Source: an uncultured Gammaproteobacteria bacterium (GTDB lineage: Bacteria; Patescibacteriota; Patescibacteriia; Veblenbacterales; UBA10138). From it: 64,000 bases of DNA. A model generated the notes under the pieces. It saw only the letters and a program-made list of their open reading frames with translations. It was not told the origin of the DNA and made no database searches. Shown here in pieces: positions 27,458 to 36,829 of the stretch (positions within the stretch are counted from its first letter, which is position 1; each line of letters starts with the position of its first letter). A program made the position numbers and the translations under genes. Where the stretch lies: the NCBI GenBank assembly GCA_964453605.1, contig CAYVOI010000001.1, positions 241,627-305,626 on the forward strand, in the 5' to 3' direction.

Positions 27458-28063
27458 TCTAAGTTCATCCTCGCCACCAAAGTCAGCATGTCACGTACCT
27501 TCAAAGCCGATGGTACGTCTGTGGCTGTGACGACGCTTAAGGCTGAGCCTATGGTGGTGACCCAGGTGAAAACTGCAGACAAAGACGGCTACCAAGCCGT
27601 GCAGGTGGGGGCTGGCTCTCGGCGCAAGGTTTCAAAGAGCGTGGCTGGTCACGTGAAACCTACAGGCAAAACGTTCCGTCGCCTGAAAGAGTTCCGGATG
27701 ATAGGAGAGTTCCAGGTTGGCCAGAGTGTCGACCTTACGCAATTTGCACCAGGGGATAAGGTGAACGTAGTTGGTGTTTCCAAAGGTAAGGGGTTCCAGG
27801 GTGTGGTGAGGCGTCACGGGTTCCACGGTCACCCGCCAACCCACGGTCACAAAGATCAGGAGCGCAGGTCAGGCTCTATTGGCGCTGGTGGTTTACAACA
27901 CGTGCGCAAGGGTATGCGCATGGCCGGCCGCATGGGTGGTGATCGCATTACCGTGCACAACCTGGAGGTAGTAGCCGTAGCGCCCGAGAAGCACGAGCTC
28001 ACCTTAAAAGGTGCCGTGCCAGGGGCCAGGCACGGTTTGCTTATGGTAACTAGCGTAAAGTAG
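27455..28063 (+). CDS. rplC: 50S ribosomal protein L3
   Basis: MSKFILATKVSMSRTFKADG...; the ORF-track N-terminus MSEVALLG is derived from the inserted element. Confidence 0.9.
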   Translation: MSKFILATKVSMSRTFKADGTSVAVTTLKAEPMVVTQVKTADKDGYQAVQVGAGSRRKVSKSVAGHVKPTGKTFRRLKEFRMIGEFQVGQSVDLTQFAPGDKVNVVGVSKGKGFQGVVRRHGFHGHPPTHGHKDQERRSGSIGAGGLQHVRKGMRMAGRMGGDRITVHNLEVVAVAPEKHELTLKGAVPGARHGLLMVTSVK

Positions 28064-28067
28064 TTTT

Positions 28068-28703
28068 ATGGCAACGTCGTCTCTCCAAGTGGTAGATAGC
28101 AAAGGCCAGGCGGTCAAACAGGTGGAGCTGCCCTCCACGGTGCTTGAGCGCAAGGTCAAACCTTCCGTGGTACACCAGGTGGTGGTCGGGTATGCTGCCA
28201 ACCGTCGCGCCGGTACGGCACACACCAAAGACCGCAGTGAAGTGTCGGGTGGTGGTAAGAAGCCGTGGAAGCAGAAGGGGACTGGGCGGGCTCGCCAGGG
28301 CTCTATTCGCGCACCTCAGTGGGTGGGCGGTGGAGTTGTGTTTGGCCCACGCAATACCCGTAACTACAGCCACCGGCTGACTGATGAGCTGAAACACTCA
28401 GCCCTCGCCATGGTTGTAGCTGACGCGCTTCGCTCTGGCAATGTTACGGTGGTAGATTCGTTCCCGACTGAACCAAAGACCAAAGTGTTCGCGGCTTTTC
28501 TTAAAGCGGTGCAGCCAGCTGGCACCAAGCGCTCCCTCGTACTTCTTACGGAAGGGGAACGCGAGATGAGGCGCGGCCTACAAAACTTACCCAACACTGG
28601 TGTGATGGCCGTTAAACAGCTTAACGCTTATGATGGCTTAAGCTTCCCGCGCTGGGTGGTATCGCAACTCGGGCTCACTGAACTTCTCAAAGCAATTCGC
28701 TAA
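28068..28703 (+). CDS. rplD: 50S ribosomal protein L4
   Basis: 211 aa L4 family with KQKGTGRARQGS. Confidence 0.9.
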   Translation: MATSSLQVVDSKGQAVKQVELPSTVLERKVKPSVVHQVVVGYAANRRAGTAHTKDRSEVSGGGKKPWKQKGTGRARQGSIRAPQWVGGGVVFGPRNTRNYSHRLTDELKHSALAMVVADALRSGNVTVVDSFPTEPKTKVFAAFLKAVQPAGTKRSLVLLTEGEREMRRGLQNLPNTGVMAVKQLNAYDGLSFPRWVVSQLGLTELLKAIR

Positions 28704-28708
28704 CTTGT

Positions 28709-29047
28709 ATGGCATTACTCGGACGCAAAAAGTCAGTTGCAGGTACAGCTACCACCGCCTCAACCGGCAAGCCCATGCTGGGGGTTACCTTAGTGCCGCT
28801 CGTTTCGGAAAAGAGCAGCCGTTTGCAGGCGCAAGGACAGTACACCTTTGCCACCGCGCCAACTGCGACTAAGGTGATGGTTAAGAAAATGGTGGAGCGC
28901 GCTTACAACGTGCACGTAGTAGGAGTAAACAGTGTCAGGCTGCCTCGTAAGTTTGTACGCCGCGGCCGCAGCCAAGGCACAACTAAAATCCGCAAGCACT
29001 TTGTAGTTCGCTTAAAGACAGGTGAGTCTATCGCCGTTAAAGTTTAA
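28709..29047 (+). CDS. rplW: 50S ribosomal protein L23
   Basis: 112 aa; operon position and L23-like core. Real start may be the internal M. Confidence 0.85.
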   Translation: MALLGRKKSVAGTATTASTGKPMLGVTLVPLVSEKSSRLQAQGQYTFATAPTATKVMVKKMVERAYNVHVVGVNSVRLPRKFVRRGRSQGTTKIRKHFVVRLKTGESIAVKV

Positions 29048-29051
29048 GCCG

Positions 29052-29197
29052 TATGCCCAGCATGACAACTTCGCTAGCGCTCCTACCAACCACTATGTGC
29101 CAGAACCTTATGCTTCGTACACAGACCTTATTCACTAACCACCAACTTACTCCCACTCGCGCTTGGGTGGTTGAGCGAAGTTGCTCTGCCGGGTATG
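29052..29197. mobile_element. TATG-flanked miniature inverted-repeat element, copy B
   Basis: 146 nt, TATGCCCAGCATGACAACTTCGCTAGCGCTCC...GAGCGAAGTTGCTCTGCCGGGTATG. Identical to copy E over its full length. Its 3' ATG is the rplB start. Confidence 0.65.
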
Positions 29198-30034
29198 CCA
29201 GTTAAACTCTACCGACCAACAACCCCAGGCCGCCGGCACGCCGGCATTCTGACCGCCGAGCTTACCAACAAGCGGCCGGAGCGTTCTCTGGTACGCGGGG
29301 GCAGGTCTAAGGCCGGGCGCAATTTCCAGGGTAAAATAACCACCCGTCATCGTGGTGGTGGTGTGAAGCGCTTGCTCAGAATGCTCGACAGCCGCCGCGA
29401 CAAGTACGGCGTGACTGCACGCGTCGTAGCCCTTGAGTACGACCCCGGCCGAACAGCCAACTTGGCGCTCCTCAGTTACCGCGATGGCGAAAAGCGCTAC
29501 ATTTTGGCGCCGGAAGGTTTGCGCGTGGGCCAGGAAGTGGTTTCGGCCAAAACAGCGGTGGAGGCTAAAGTCGGCAACCGCTTGCCCTTTAAGTTTATTC
29601 CCGCCGGGTTACAAGTGCACGACATTGAACTGACGCCTGGTCAGGGTGGCGCCATGGTGCGCTCGGCAGGAAGTTGGGCTACGTTTATGTCTATCGAAGG
29701 TGATCAGGCCAGGTTGAAGCTCCCCTCGGGTGAAGTACGCAGCGTGTCGGTGGATTGTCTCGCGACCATTGGGCAAGTGGGGAACATTGATCATGCCAAC
29801 GTGCGCCTGGGCAAAGCTGGGCGCCGTCGCCACCTCGGCTTCCGTCCGTCAGTTCGTGGTAAAGCTATGAACCCGGTGGACCACCCACATGGTGGCGGTG
29901 AAGGGCACAACCCCATTGGTATGAAGCACCCCAAGACACCCTGGGGTAAACCCGCACTCGGCGTGCCGACACGCAAGCGAACCAAGGCTTCCAACCGTTT
30001 CATTATTTCTCGCCGCCCCAAGCGGACTAAGTAA
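29195..30034 (+). CDS. rplB: 50S ribosomal protein L2
   Basis: [17 protein letters not shown]... and HPHGGGEG motif. Confidence 0.95.
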   Translation: MPVKLYRPTTPGRRHAGILTAELTNKRPERSLVRGGRSKAGRNFQGKITTRHRGGGVKRLLRMLDSRRDKYGVTARVVALEYDPGRTANLALLSYRDGEKRYILAPEGLRVGQEVVSAKTAVEAKVGNRLPFKFIPAGLQVHDIELTPGQGGAMVRSAGSWATFMSIEGDQARLKLPSGEVRSVSVDCLATIGQVGNIDHANVRLGKAGRRRHLGFRPSVRGKAMNPVDHPHGGGEGHNPIGMKHPKTPWGKPALGVPTRKRTKASNRFIISRRPKRTK

Positions 30035-30039
30035 TTCCT

Positions 30040-30399
30040 ATGTCACGTAGCTTAAAGAAAGGTCCGTTTGTAGACCCCAAGCTCCTCCAGAAAATGGCCA
30101 AGGTAAAGGTGGGTGATAAAACCGTCATCAAAACCTGGTCACGGGATTCCACCATCACTCCTGAAATGGTTGGGTTCACCTTTGGTGTGCATAATGGCAA
30201 AACCCACGTGGCCGTGCTCGTAGTGGAGAACATGGTCGGGCATAAGCTCGGGGAGTTTTCTCCAACTCGTAAGTTCCAGGGCCATGGCGGTAAGATGGCT
30301 AAAGAGCAGGCTCTGGCAGCTGCCGCCGCAGCCGATGCTGCCAAAGCAGCTGCTCAGGCGCCAGCGGCCGAGGCTAAGAAAGAACCAGCTAAGAAGTAA
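30040..30399 (+). CDS. rpsS: 30S ribosomal protein S19, with Ala-rich C-terminal extension
   Basis: [16 protein letters not shown]... plus about 30 extra residues [21 protein letters not shown]. Confidence 0.9.
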   Translation: MSRSLKKGPFVDPKLLQKMAKVKVGDKTVIKTWSRDSTITPEMVGFTFGVHNGKTHVAVLVVENMVGHKLGEFSPTRKFQGHGGKMAKEQALAAAAAADAAKAAAQAPAAEAKKEPAKK

Positions 30400-30405
30400 A
30401 CTTTT

Positions 30406-30762
30406 ATGGACGTTTCAGCTAAACTCATGTTCTTTAGGGCCTCGCCCCGCAAGGTGAAGTTGGTGATAGACACCGTGCGCCGTATGCCTTTGGGTAAGGC
30501 TCTACAGCAGCTCAGCGTGCTGCCGCAGGCGGCAGCTAAGCCCGTGGCCAAGTTGCTCGCTTCGGCCGCCGCCAATGCTACTAATAACTTAAAGCTCGAT
30601 CGCAGCGCCTTGTGGGTGAAGCAGATTACCGTAGGCCAGGGTCCTCGGCTTAAGCGCTGGCGGCCACGGGCTATGGGTCGTGCTACACCTATACACCGCC
30701 CCACCTCGCACCTCAAGGTAGTCCTGAGCGACGAGAAGGCTAAGGTTATTCGGACGCGCTAA
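30406..30762 (+). CDS. rplV: 50S ribosomal protein L22
   Basis: 118 aa, L22 family, operon order. Confidence 0.9.
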   Translation: MDVSAKLMFFRASPRKVKLVIDTVRRMPLGKALQQLSVLPQAAAKPVAKLLASAAANATNNLKLDRSALWVKQITVGQGPRLKRWRPRAMGRATPIHRPTSHLKVVLSDEKAKVIRTR

Positions 30763-30773
30763 TTTATACACCT

Positions 30774-31460
30774 ATGGGTCACAAAGTTCATCCTAAAGTA
30801 TTCCGTCTCGGTACCGTCTACACCTGGAAGTCCAAGTGGGTCGGCCGTCGTGACTACCGCGAGCTGTTAGAAGCCGATGTCCGCCTGAGGCGTTGGCTCA
30901 AGAAAAAGCTCCGTGGTTCTTCTGTTTCGCAAATCGAGGTGGAGCGCGGTGCTTCAACGCTGACCGTTACCATCTACACGGCTAAACCAGGGTTGGTTAT
31001 CGGTCGTGGTGGCGCGCAGGTGGAAGAGCTGAAGAAAGAGCTTAAGGCCAAGTTCATGAAACCCGGACAGAACTTCCAACTCAATATTCAGGAAGTGGCT
31101 AACCCCATGATGTCGGCAGAAATTGTGGCTGAGAACATGGCCCTGGAGCTCGAGAAGCGCTTGCCATTTAGGCGCGTGATGAAACAGGCTATGGACCAGG
31201 TGATGAAGGCCGGGGCTTTAGGGGTCAAGGTTATGATCGGTGGGCGCCTGAACGGTTCAGAAATCGCCCGCAGCGAAAAACTCAGCATCGGTAAGGTGCC
31301 GCTCCACACCATTCGCGCCGAAGTGGACTACTCTCGCACCACTGCGCACATGACCTATGGGGTTTTGGGTGTGAAGGTCTGGATAAATCGCGGTGAGGTG
31401 TTTGCTCCCAGCCGTCCTATTACGGTCGCTCAGGTGCGCGCCGCTAGCCGTGATCGCTAA
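30774..31460 (+). CDS. rpsC: 30S ribosomal protein S3
   Basis: [13 protein letters not shown]...; 228 aa. Confidence 0.95.
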   Translation: MGHKVHPKVFRLGTVYTWKSKWVGRRDYRELLEADVRLRRWLKKKLRGSSVSQIEVERGASTLTVTIYTAKPGLVIGRGGAQVEELKKELKAKFMKPGQNFQLNIQEVANPMMSAEIVAENMALELEKRLPFRRVMKQAMDQVMKAGALGVKVMIGGRLNGSEIARSEKLSIGKVPLHTIRAEVDYSRTTAHMTYGVLGVKVWINRGEVFAPSRPITVAQVRAASRDR

Positions 31461-31471
31461 GGAACACTTTT

Positions 31472-31888
31472 ATGTTGATACCGAAGAAAGTTAAATACCG
31501 TAAGACCCACCGGGGTGACCAGATCCGCGGGGTAGCACTTCGCAAAGCGACGTTAAGCTTTGGTAGCTTTGGCCTCAAAACCTTAGAAGCTGGTTGGATA
31601 ACCTCCCGCCAGATCGAGGCCGCCAGGCGCGCCATTACTGGCCACCTCCAGCGCCGGGGTAAAGTGTGGATCCGCATTTTCCCCGACAAGTCGGTAACGG
31701 TGAAGGGTAATGAAATTCGCATGGGCGGTGGTAAGGGCGCTGTGGACCACTACGTGGCTCCCGTGAAGCCCGGTACTGTGCTGTTTGAAATGGACGGCGT
31801 AACCCACGAGCTGGCGCGCGAAGCCCTAAGGCTCGCTGCCCACAAGATGCCCGTGAAGACCACTCTCATTAGCCGCCAGTCAGCCTAA
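31472..31888 (+). CDS. rplP: 50S ribosomal protein L16
   Basis: [15 protein letters not shown]... Confidence 0.95.
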   Translation: MLIPKKVKYRKTHRGDQIRGVALRKATLSFGSFGLKTLEAGWITSRQIEAARRAITGHLQRRGKVWIRIFPDKSVTVKGNEIRMGGGKGAVDHYVAPVKPGTVLFEMDGVTHELAREALRLAAHKMPVKTTLISRQSA

Positions 31889-31897
31889 ACCTTACCT

Positions 31898-32110
31898 ATG
31901 TCGAACCAGAAGTCCGAGCAGAAGAAACAGCTCTTTGCCCTCGAGGCGCCCCAAGCCACAGAGCAGCTTATGGCTGCCCGCCTGGAGCTGCAGAGTCTCC
32001 GCGCTAAGGCCGCTGGGTCAGACCTTAAGAACGTCCGCGCTATCCGTAAGGTTCGCACCACCATTGCCCGTTTAGCTACACGCCTCAAGCAGCTTCAAGC
32101 TACCAAGTAA
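31898..32110 (+). CDS. rpmC: 50S ribosomal protein L29
   Basis: 70 aa coiled helical protein in the L29 position. Confidence 0.85.
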   Translation: MSNQKSEQKKQLFALEAPQATEQLMAARLELQSLRAKAAGSDLKNVRAIRKVRTTIARLATRLKQLQATK

Positions 32111-32114
32111 CTCC

Positions 32115-32261
32115 TATGCCCAGCATGACAACTTTGCTAGAGCTCGCGGCCACGGCTAACACTACCACCCCTATGTACTCTACTGCTCATACAATTACCA
32201 TTAACGACTCGCAGCCAAGCTCGCTCCATTGGGGCCGAGCAAAGTTGCCAGCTCAGGTATG
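32115..32261. mobile_element. TATG-flanked miniature inverted-repeat element, copy C (more diverged)
   Basis: TATGCCCAGCATGACAACTTTGCTAGAGCTCGCGG...GAGCAAAGTTGCCAGCTCAGGTATG. Its 3' ATG is the rpsQ start. Confidence 0.55.
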
Positions 32262-32510
32262 ACTACCAAACCCATTAAACGTCAGCTCGAAGGTGAAGTA
32301 GTGTCCGACCGCGCCAACAAAACACGCGTGGTGTTGGTTTCTCGTGTGCAGGTGCACCCCAAGTACGGCAAACGGTTCCGCACCTCAGAGCGCTACCAGG
32401 CACACGACGAACAGAACACCTACAAGGTGGGGGACAGGGTAGTGATTGAGGAAACCCGGCCGTACTCCAGGACCAAGCGGTTCCGCATTATTTCAAAGGT
32501 TAAGGCGTAA
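32259..32510 (+). CDS. rpsQ: 30S ribosomal protein S17
   Basis: MTTKPIKRQLEGEVVSDRANKTRVV... Confidence 0.9.
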   Translation: MTTKPIKRQLEGEVVSDRANKTRVVLVSRVQVHPKYGKRFRTSERYQAHDEQNTYKVGDRVVIEETRPYSRTKRFRIISKVKA

Positions 32511-32526
32511 TACTGTTTAGATCCCT

Positions 32527-32898
32527 ATGGTCCAACTCCGTTCCATGCTCAAAGTGGCCGACAACACTGGCGCCCGCAAGGTGCAGTGCATTAAGGTGTT
32601 AGGCGGCTACCAGAAGCGCTACGCTAAGCTCAGCGATATTATTACCGTGGTGGTGAAAGACGCTCAACCCCACGGCATGGTGAAGAAGAGCGACGTGCTC
32701 CACGCTGTGCTCGTACGCACACACAAAGAGTACCGCCGCCCCGACGGCTCCTACATTCGCTTTGACGACAACGCTGTGGTTATTATCGACAAGAAGACCA
32801 AAGAACCCAAAGGTACTCGCATCTTCGGCCCGGTGGCCAGGGAGCTCAGGGCCAAGGGTTTTCAGAAGATTATTTCCCTAGCGCCTGAAGTGCTGTAA
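32527..32898 (+). CDS. rplN: 50S ribosomal protein L14
   Basis: [27 protein letters not shown]. Confidence 0.95.
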   Translation: MVQLRSMLKVADNTGARKVQCIKVLGGYQKRYAKLSDIITVVVKDAQPHGMVKKSDVLHAVLVRTHKEYRRPDGSYIRFDDNAVVIIDKKTKEPKGTRIFGPVARELRAKGFQKIISLAPEVL

Positions 32899-32908
32899 CG
32901 CCCCGTTT

Positions 32909-33235
32909 ATGAACCTCAAGGTAAAAAAGAACGACACCGTAGTAGTTATCTCTGGCCGTGATAAGGGCAAGCAGGGTAAGGTTACCCAGGTGTTCCCGCG
33001 TGAGGCCATGGTAGTGGCTGAAGGTATCAACCTCCGGGTGAAACACCTCAAGGCTCGCTCGGGCAGCCAGAGTGGCAACAAGGTGCAGTACGCTGCCCCA
33101 ATCAGTGCCGCCAAGGTTATGGTGGTCTGCCCCCAGTGCTCTAAACCTACGCGCGTGAGGATGCTGAAAGCCGAAGACGGTCGGATAATCCGGAGCTGCC
33201 ACCGCTGCCAGCAACCACTAACGAGCGCTGCCTAA
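32909..33235 (+). CDS. rplX: 50S ribosomal protein L24, with C-terminal CxxC...CxxC zinc-ribbon extension
   Basis: KOW-domain N-terminus VISGRDKGKQGKV plus CPQC...CHRC tail. Confidence 0.9.
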   Translation: MNLKVKKNDTVVVISGRDKGKQGKVTQVFPREAMVVAEGINLRVKHLKARSGSQSGNKVQYAAPISAAKVMVVCPQCSKPTRVRMLKAEDGRIIRSCHRCQQPLTSAA

Positions 33236-33245
33236 CTGTTGCCTT

Positions 33246-33806
33246 ATGACTACGAAACAGGTTGATCTCAAAGCCGAATACCAGAGTAAGGTTGTGCCTC
33301 AGCTCAAGCAAGAGTTTGGCTACAAGAACACCATGGCCGTGCCGAAGCTCCTTAAGGTGAGCCTCAACGTTGGCTTTGGCCAAGTGGCGCGCGACCCAAA
33401 GCTCCAAGAAGTGGCGGTTAAGACTTTAGGTCGCATCACCGGCCAAAAGCCAGTGGTCACGCTGGCCCGTAAATCCATTTCCAATTTCAAAATCCGCCAG
33501 GGTATGCCGGTCGGGGCCATGGTAACACTCAGGGGCAAACGCATGTACGACTTTTTAACTAAGCTTACCCGTGTGGCGTTGCCTCGCGTGAGGGACTTCC
33601 GCGGCTTGCCGCCCAATTCAGTTGATGCCCGGGGTAACCTCTCCATTGGTTTCCGTGAGCACACGGTGTTCCCCGAAATCCGTGCTGACGAGTTGGAAGG
33701 TTTGCACGGCCTAGAAGTTTCCATTTCAACCACGGCCGGCAGCAAAAACCCTGGTAAGCGGCTGTTTGAACTCCTCGGTTTCCCTTTTAGCCAACCCAAC
33801 GCCTAA
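33246..33806 (+). CDS. rplE: 50S ribosomal protein L5
   Basis: 186 aa L5 family. Confidence 0.95.
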   Translation: MTTKQVDLKAEYQSKVVPQLKQEFGYKNTMAVPKLLKVSLNVGFGQVARDPKLQEVAVKTLGRITGQKPVVTLARKSISNFKIRQGMPVGAMVTLRGKRMYDFLTKLTRVALPRVRDFRGLPPNSVDARGNLSIGFREHTVFPEIRADELEGLHGLEVSISTTAGSKNPGKRLFELLGFPFSQPNA

Positions 33807-33811
33807 GTTGT

Positions 33812-34006
33812 ATGTCTACTACTGCTCAAGAGAACAAATCACGCGCCTCCCTCACGAACCCGAAGTACTCCACGCGCATCGTGCGTCGGTGTTGGCGCTG
33901 TGGCCGTAAGCACGGCTACATGCGGAAGTTCAACCTCTGCCGTATTTGTTTCCGGGAACTCGCGAACAACGGTGAAATTCCAGGCATTACCAAGGCCAGC
34001 TGGTAG
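33812..34006 (+). CDS. rpsN: 30S ribosomal protein S14, Zn-ribbon type Z
   Basis: 64 aa with [20 protein letters not shown]. Confidence 0.9.
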   Translation: MSTTAQENKSRASLTNPKYSTRIVRRCWRCGRKHGYMRKFNLCRICFRELANNGEIPGITKASW

Positions 34007-34023
34007 CCCAACTTTCCACTCCT

Positions 34024-34410
34024 ATGACAGACCCCATTAGCGACATGCTCACACGTATCAGGAACGCTATCCTCGTGAAAAAGCCCGAGGTGGTGGTGCC
34101 GTACTCCAGGCTCAAAGCTAACTTGGCACAGATTTTGGTGCACGAAGGGTACCTCGAGTCGGTGAGCGAGGTAGAGGCTCCGTTCCGCTCCCTGAAGCTC
34201 AAACTCTCCTACCAAGCTGGTCAGTCAGCCATCCGGAATTTGAAGCGCGTTTCCACCCCAGGCCGCAGAACGTACGCCAAGGCGCCTGAGCTGCCACGCG
34301 TGCTCTCTGGACTTGGTATTGCCATTATTTCTACCTCCCAAGGCCTCATGACGAACCGCGATGCCCGAGCCAAGAAGCTTGGTGGTGAGGTTATTTGCGA
34401 AATCTACTAG
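34024..34410 (+). CDS. rpsH: 30S ribosomal protein S8
   Basis: MTDPISDMLTRIRNA... Confidence 0.9.
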   Translation: MTDPISDMLTRIRNAILVKKPEVVVPYSRLKANLAQILVHEGYLESVSEVEAPFRSLKLKLSYQAGQSAIRNLKRVSTPGRRTYAKAPELPRVLSGLGIAIISTSQGLMTNRDARAKKLGGEVICEIY

Positions 34411-34557
34411 TATGCCCGGCATGACAACTTCGCTGGAGCTCGCGGCCGCAGTATTCAGTAACACTACTATGTACAATACTTCTGTCATTCGTATTACCAT
34501 TAACACGCAGCCTGGCTCGCTCCCAAGCGGACGAGCGAAGTTGCTAGCCCAGGTATG
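34411..34557. mobile_element. TATG-flanked miniature inverted-repeat element, copy D
   Basis: TATGCCCGGCATGACAACTTCGCTGGAGCTCGCGG...GAGCGAAGTTGCTAGCCCAGGTATG. Its 3' ATG is the rplF start. Confidence 0.6.
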
Positions 34558-35109
34558 TCACGCTTAGGTAAGCTCCCCATCACCATACCCTCCGGCGTTC
34601 AGGTAACGCCTAAAGAAACCGAGGTCGCCTTCAAAGGCCCTAAGGGTGAGTTTGTGCAAGCTCTGCCGCCACAGGTTAAGGTTGCCCTGGAAGGCACCAC
34701 CTTGACCGTGCTCGCTCCAGCCTCAGATTCAAGCGAGGCCAGGGCGCTGTGGGGCCTGGCTCGGCAGCTCCTCCAGAATGCGGTTACCGGTGTGGCTCAA
34801 GGCTTTACCAAAAAGCTTGAGCTCTCGGGTATTGGGTTTAAGGCTGCAGTAGAGGGTAAAGACCTCGTGCTTAACCTTGGCTTTTCTCACCCGGTCCGCT
34901 TTGCGGTGCCCCAGGGCGTTGCTATCACCGTGGAAAAGAACAACCTCATCACCGTTACCGGCGCTTCTAAGCAGCAGGTGGGGCAGGTAGCCGCAGAAAT
35001 TCGTTCACTCAAGAAGCCAGAGCCCTACAAGGGTAAGGGCATTAAGTACGCCGATGAGACCATTCGCCGCAAGGCTGGTAAGGTCGTTAAGGCCGCTGGC
35101 GCAAAGTAA
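34555..35109 (+). CDS. rplF: 50S ribosomal protein L6
   Basis: MSRLGKLPITIPSGVQV... Confidence 0.9.
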   Translation: MSRLGKLPITIPSGVQVTPKETEVAFKGPKGEFVQALPPQVKVALEGTTLTVLAPASDSSEARALWGLARQLLQNAVTGVAQGFTKKLELSGIGFKAAVEGKDLVLNLGFSHPVRFAVPQGVAITVEKNNLITVTGASKQQVGQVAAEIRSLKKPEPYKGKGIKYADETIRRKAGKVVKAAGAK

Positions 35110-35114
35110 CCACC

Positions 35115-35260
35115 TATGCCCAGCATGACAACTTCGCTAGCGCTCCTACCAACCACTATGTGCCAGAACCTTATGCTTCGTACACAGACCTTATTCACTA
35201 ACCACCAACTTACTCCCACTCGCGCTTGGGTGGTTGAGCGAAGTTGCTCTGCCGGGTATG
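35115..35260. mobile_element. TATG-flanked miniature inverted-repeat element, copy E (identical to copy B)
   Basis: 146/146 identity with 29052..29197. Its 3' ATG is the rplR start. Confidence 0.65.
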
Positions 35261-35614
35261 CCTAAGTCTATTCTCAAACCACGTACCATTCGCCACCGCC
35301 GTCTGCGTTCGCACTTGGCGGGCACAGCAAAGCGGCCACGCCTAGCTGTTTGGCGGAGCCTCCGGCGCATTACTGCCCAGCTCATTAACGACGACACTCG
35401 CCGTACGCTCGCTGCGGCTTCAAGCCAAGAGCTCACGGGCGCGGCCAAGAAGGCTAAGCCGGTGGAGCAAGCTATGGCAGTAGGGAAGATGATCGCCGAG
35501 CGCGCTAAGGCCAAAGGTGTCACAACGGTGGTGTTTGACCGCGGTGGCCAGGCGTACCACGGCCGCGTAAAGGCGCTAGCTCAGGGTGCGCGTGAGGGCG
35601 GTTTACAGTTCTAA
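35258..35614 (+). CDS. rplR: 50S ribosomal protein L18
   Basis: [17 protein letters not shown]... L18 family. Confidence 0.9.
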   Translation: MPKSILKPRTIRHRRLRSHLAGTAKRPRLAVWRSLRRITAQLINDDTRRTLAAASSQELTGAAKKAKPVEQAMAVGKMIAERAKAKGVTTVVFDRGGQAYHGRVKALAQGAREGGLQF

Positions 35615-35628
35615 CACATTATATTCGT

Positions 35629-36171
35629 ATGCCACAGAACATGGGACAACAGCGAGGTAGGGGTCAGGGCGCGGGCGGCCGCGGTGGTTTTGGTGGTCGC
35701 GGTGGCCGTGGGCCACGCCGTGACCGGGTGGAGGATGAGTTTGACCAGCGCGTTGTAGAGCTAGCACGCGTCACCCGCGTGATGGCCGGTGGTAAGCGCA
35801 TGCGCTTTAGGGCCTTGGTGGTTTTGGGCAACAAAAAGGGCCGTGTCGGCGTTGGTTTGGCTAAGGGAGCTGACGTGAGCCTCGCCGTCGAGAAGGCCGC
35901 TACTAAAGCCCGCAAGAGTCTGGTGCAAGTGCCCCTGAAAGAGGGTACGTTCCCGCACGAAATTACGGTTAAGTACAAGAGCGCTCGCGTGATGTTGAAA
36001 CCAGCCAGGGTTGGTACGGGTATTATCGCCGGCGGCCCGGTACGTGTGGTGCTAGAAATGGCGGGTGTGCCGAACGTGGTCAGCAAGACGTTGGGTTCCC
36101 CCAATAAGATTAACAACATTCGGGCTGTGTTTAAGGCCTTCTCGCAGATGAAGCCTATTAAGGCCGCCTAA
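35629..36171 (+). CDS. rpsE: 30S ribosomal protein S5
   Basis: Gly/Arg-rich N-terminus followed by the S5 dsRBD and C-terminal domains. No rpmD (L30) follows. Confidence 0.9.
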   Translation: MPQNMGQQRGRGQGAGGRGGFGGRGGRGPRRDRVEDEFDQRVVELARVTRVMAGGKRMRFRALVVLGNKKGRVGVGLAKGADVSLAVEKAATKARKSLVQVPLKEGTFPHEITVKYKSARVMLKPARVGTGIIAGGPVRVVLEMAGVPNVVSKTLGSPNKINNIRAVFKAFSQMKPIKAA

Positions 36172-36174
36172 CCC

Positions 36175-36324
36175 TATGCCCGGCATGACAACTTCGCTGG
36201 AGCTCGCTTCGGCCACGGCAGGTAAAGAAATTCTTATGCTCTATAAGTTAAACTTCAGTACTACCATTAATATGCAGCTCCGCTCGCTCCCTAGTGGCCG
36301 AGCGAAGTTGCTCTGCTAGGTATG
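36175..36324. mobile_element. TATG-flanked miniature inverted-repeat element, copy F
   Basis: TATGCCCGGCATGACAACTTCGCTGGAGCTCGC...GAGCGAAGTTGCTCTGCTAGGTATG. Its 3' ATG is the rplO start. Confidence 0.6.
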
Positions 36325-36807
36325 TCACTTACCCTCCAAAACCTCAAACCCGCTCACGGGTCGCAACGCAACCGCAAGCGCTTGGGCCGAGGTAACGCCT
36401 CAGGCCATGGTGCCTACTCTACCCGCGGTATCAAGGGTCAGCGCGCTCGCCAAGGCGGGCGTAAGGGCTTAACCCAGCTGGGGGCCAAGCACTTTATTTC
36501 CCACCTGCCCAAAGTTCGCGGGTTCCAGAGCTTTAAGGCTAAACCCCAGGTGGTAAACATTGCCGACCTTACCAAGGTTACCCCCGATAGCACTGTGGAC
36601 GCCCGCGTGTTGGTAAGTTTAGGCTTGATTCGCGACCACCGTGTGGCGGTAAAACTCATTGGCAGTGCTAAGTTGCCCAAGCTCACCATTACCGTACAGG
36701 CAGCTACCGAGGGTGTGCGCGCAGCCGTGGCGGCCGCTGGTGGCACGCTGGAGCTTAAACCCCTTGCCGCCACCACTAAGACTGCTACAGTTACTTCAGC
36801 GGAGTAG
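36322..36807 (+). CDS. rplO: 50S ribosomal protein L15
   Basis: MSLTLQNLKPAHGSQRNRKRLGRG... Confidence 0.9.
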   Translation: MSLTLQNLKPAHGSQRNRKRLGRGNASGHGAYSTRGIKGQRARQGGRKGLTQLGAKHFISHLPKVRGFQSFKAKPQVVNIADLTKVTPDSTVDARVLVSLGLIRDHRVAVKLIGSAKLPKLTITVQAATEGVRAAVAAAGGTLELKPLAATTKTATVTSAE

Positions 36808-36829
36808 ACTTTCGCCTTCAACCTGAATT

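Noticed and set aside
27431-35234. ORF-track N-termini MSEVAL(L/P)GM... for rplC, rplB and rplR
   Set aside because: These residues are translated from the 3' arm of the inserted repeat element. The genuine start is the terminal ATG of the element, where conserved r-protein N-termini begin.
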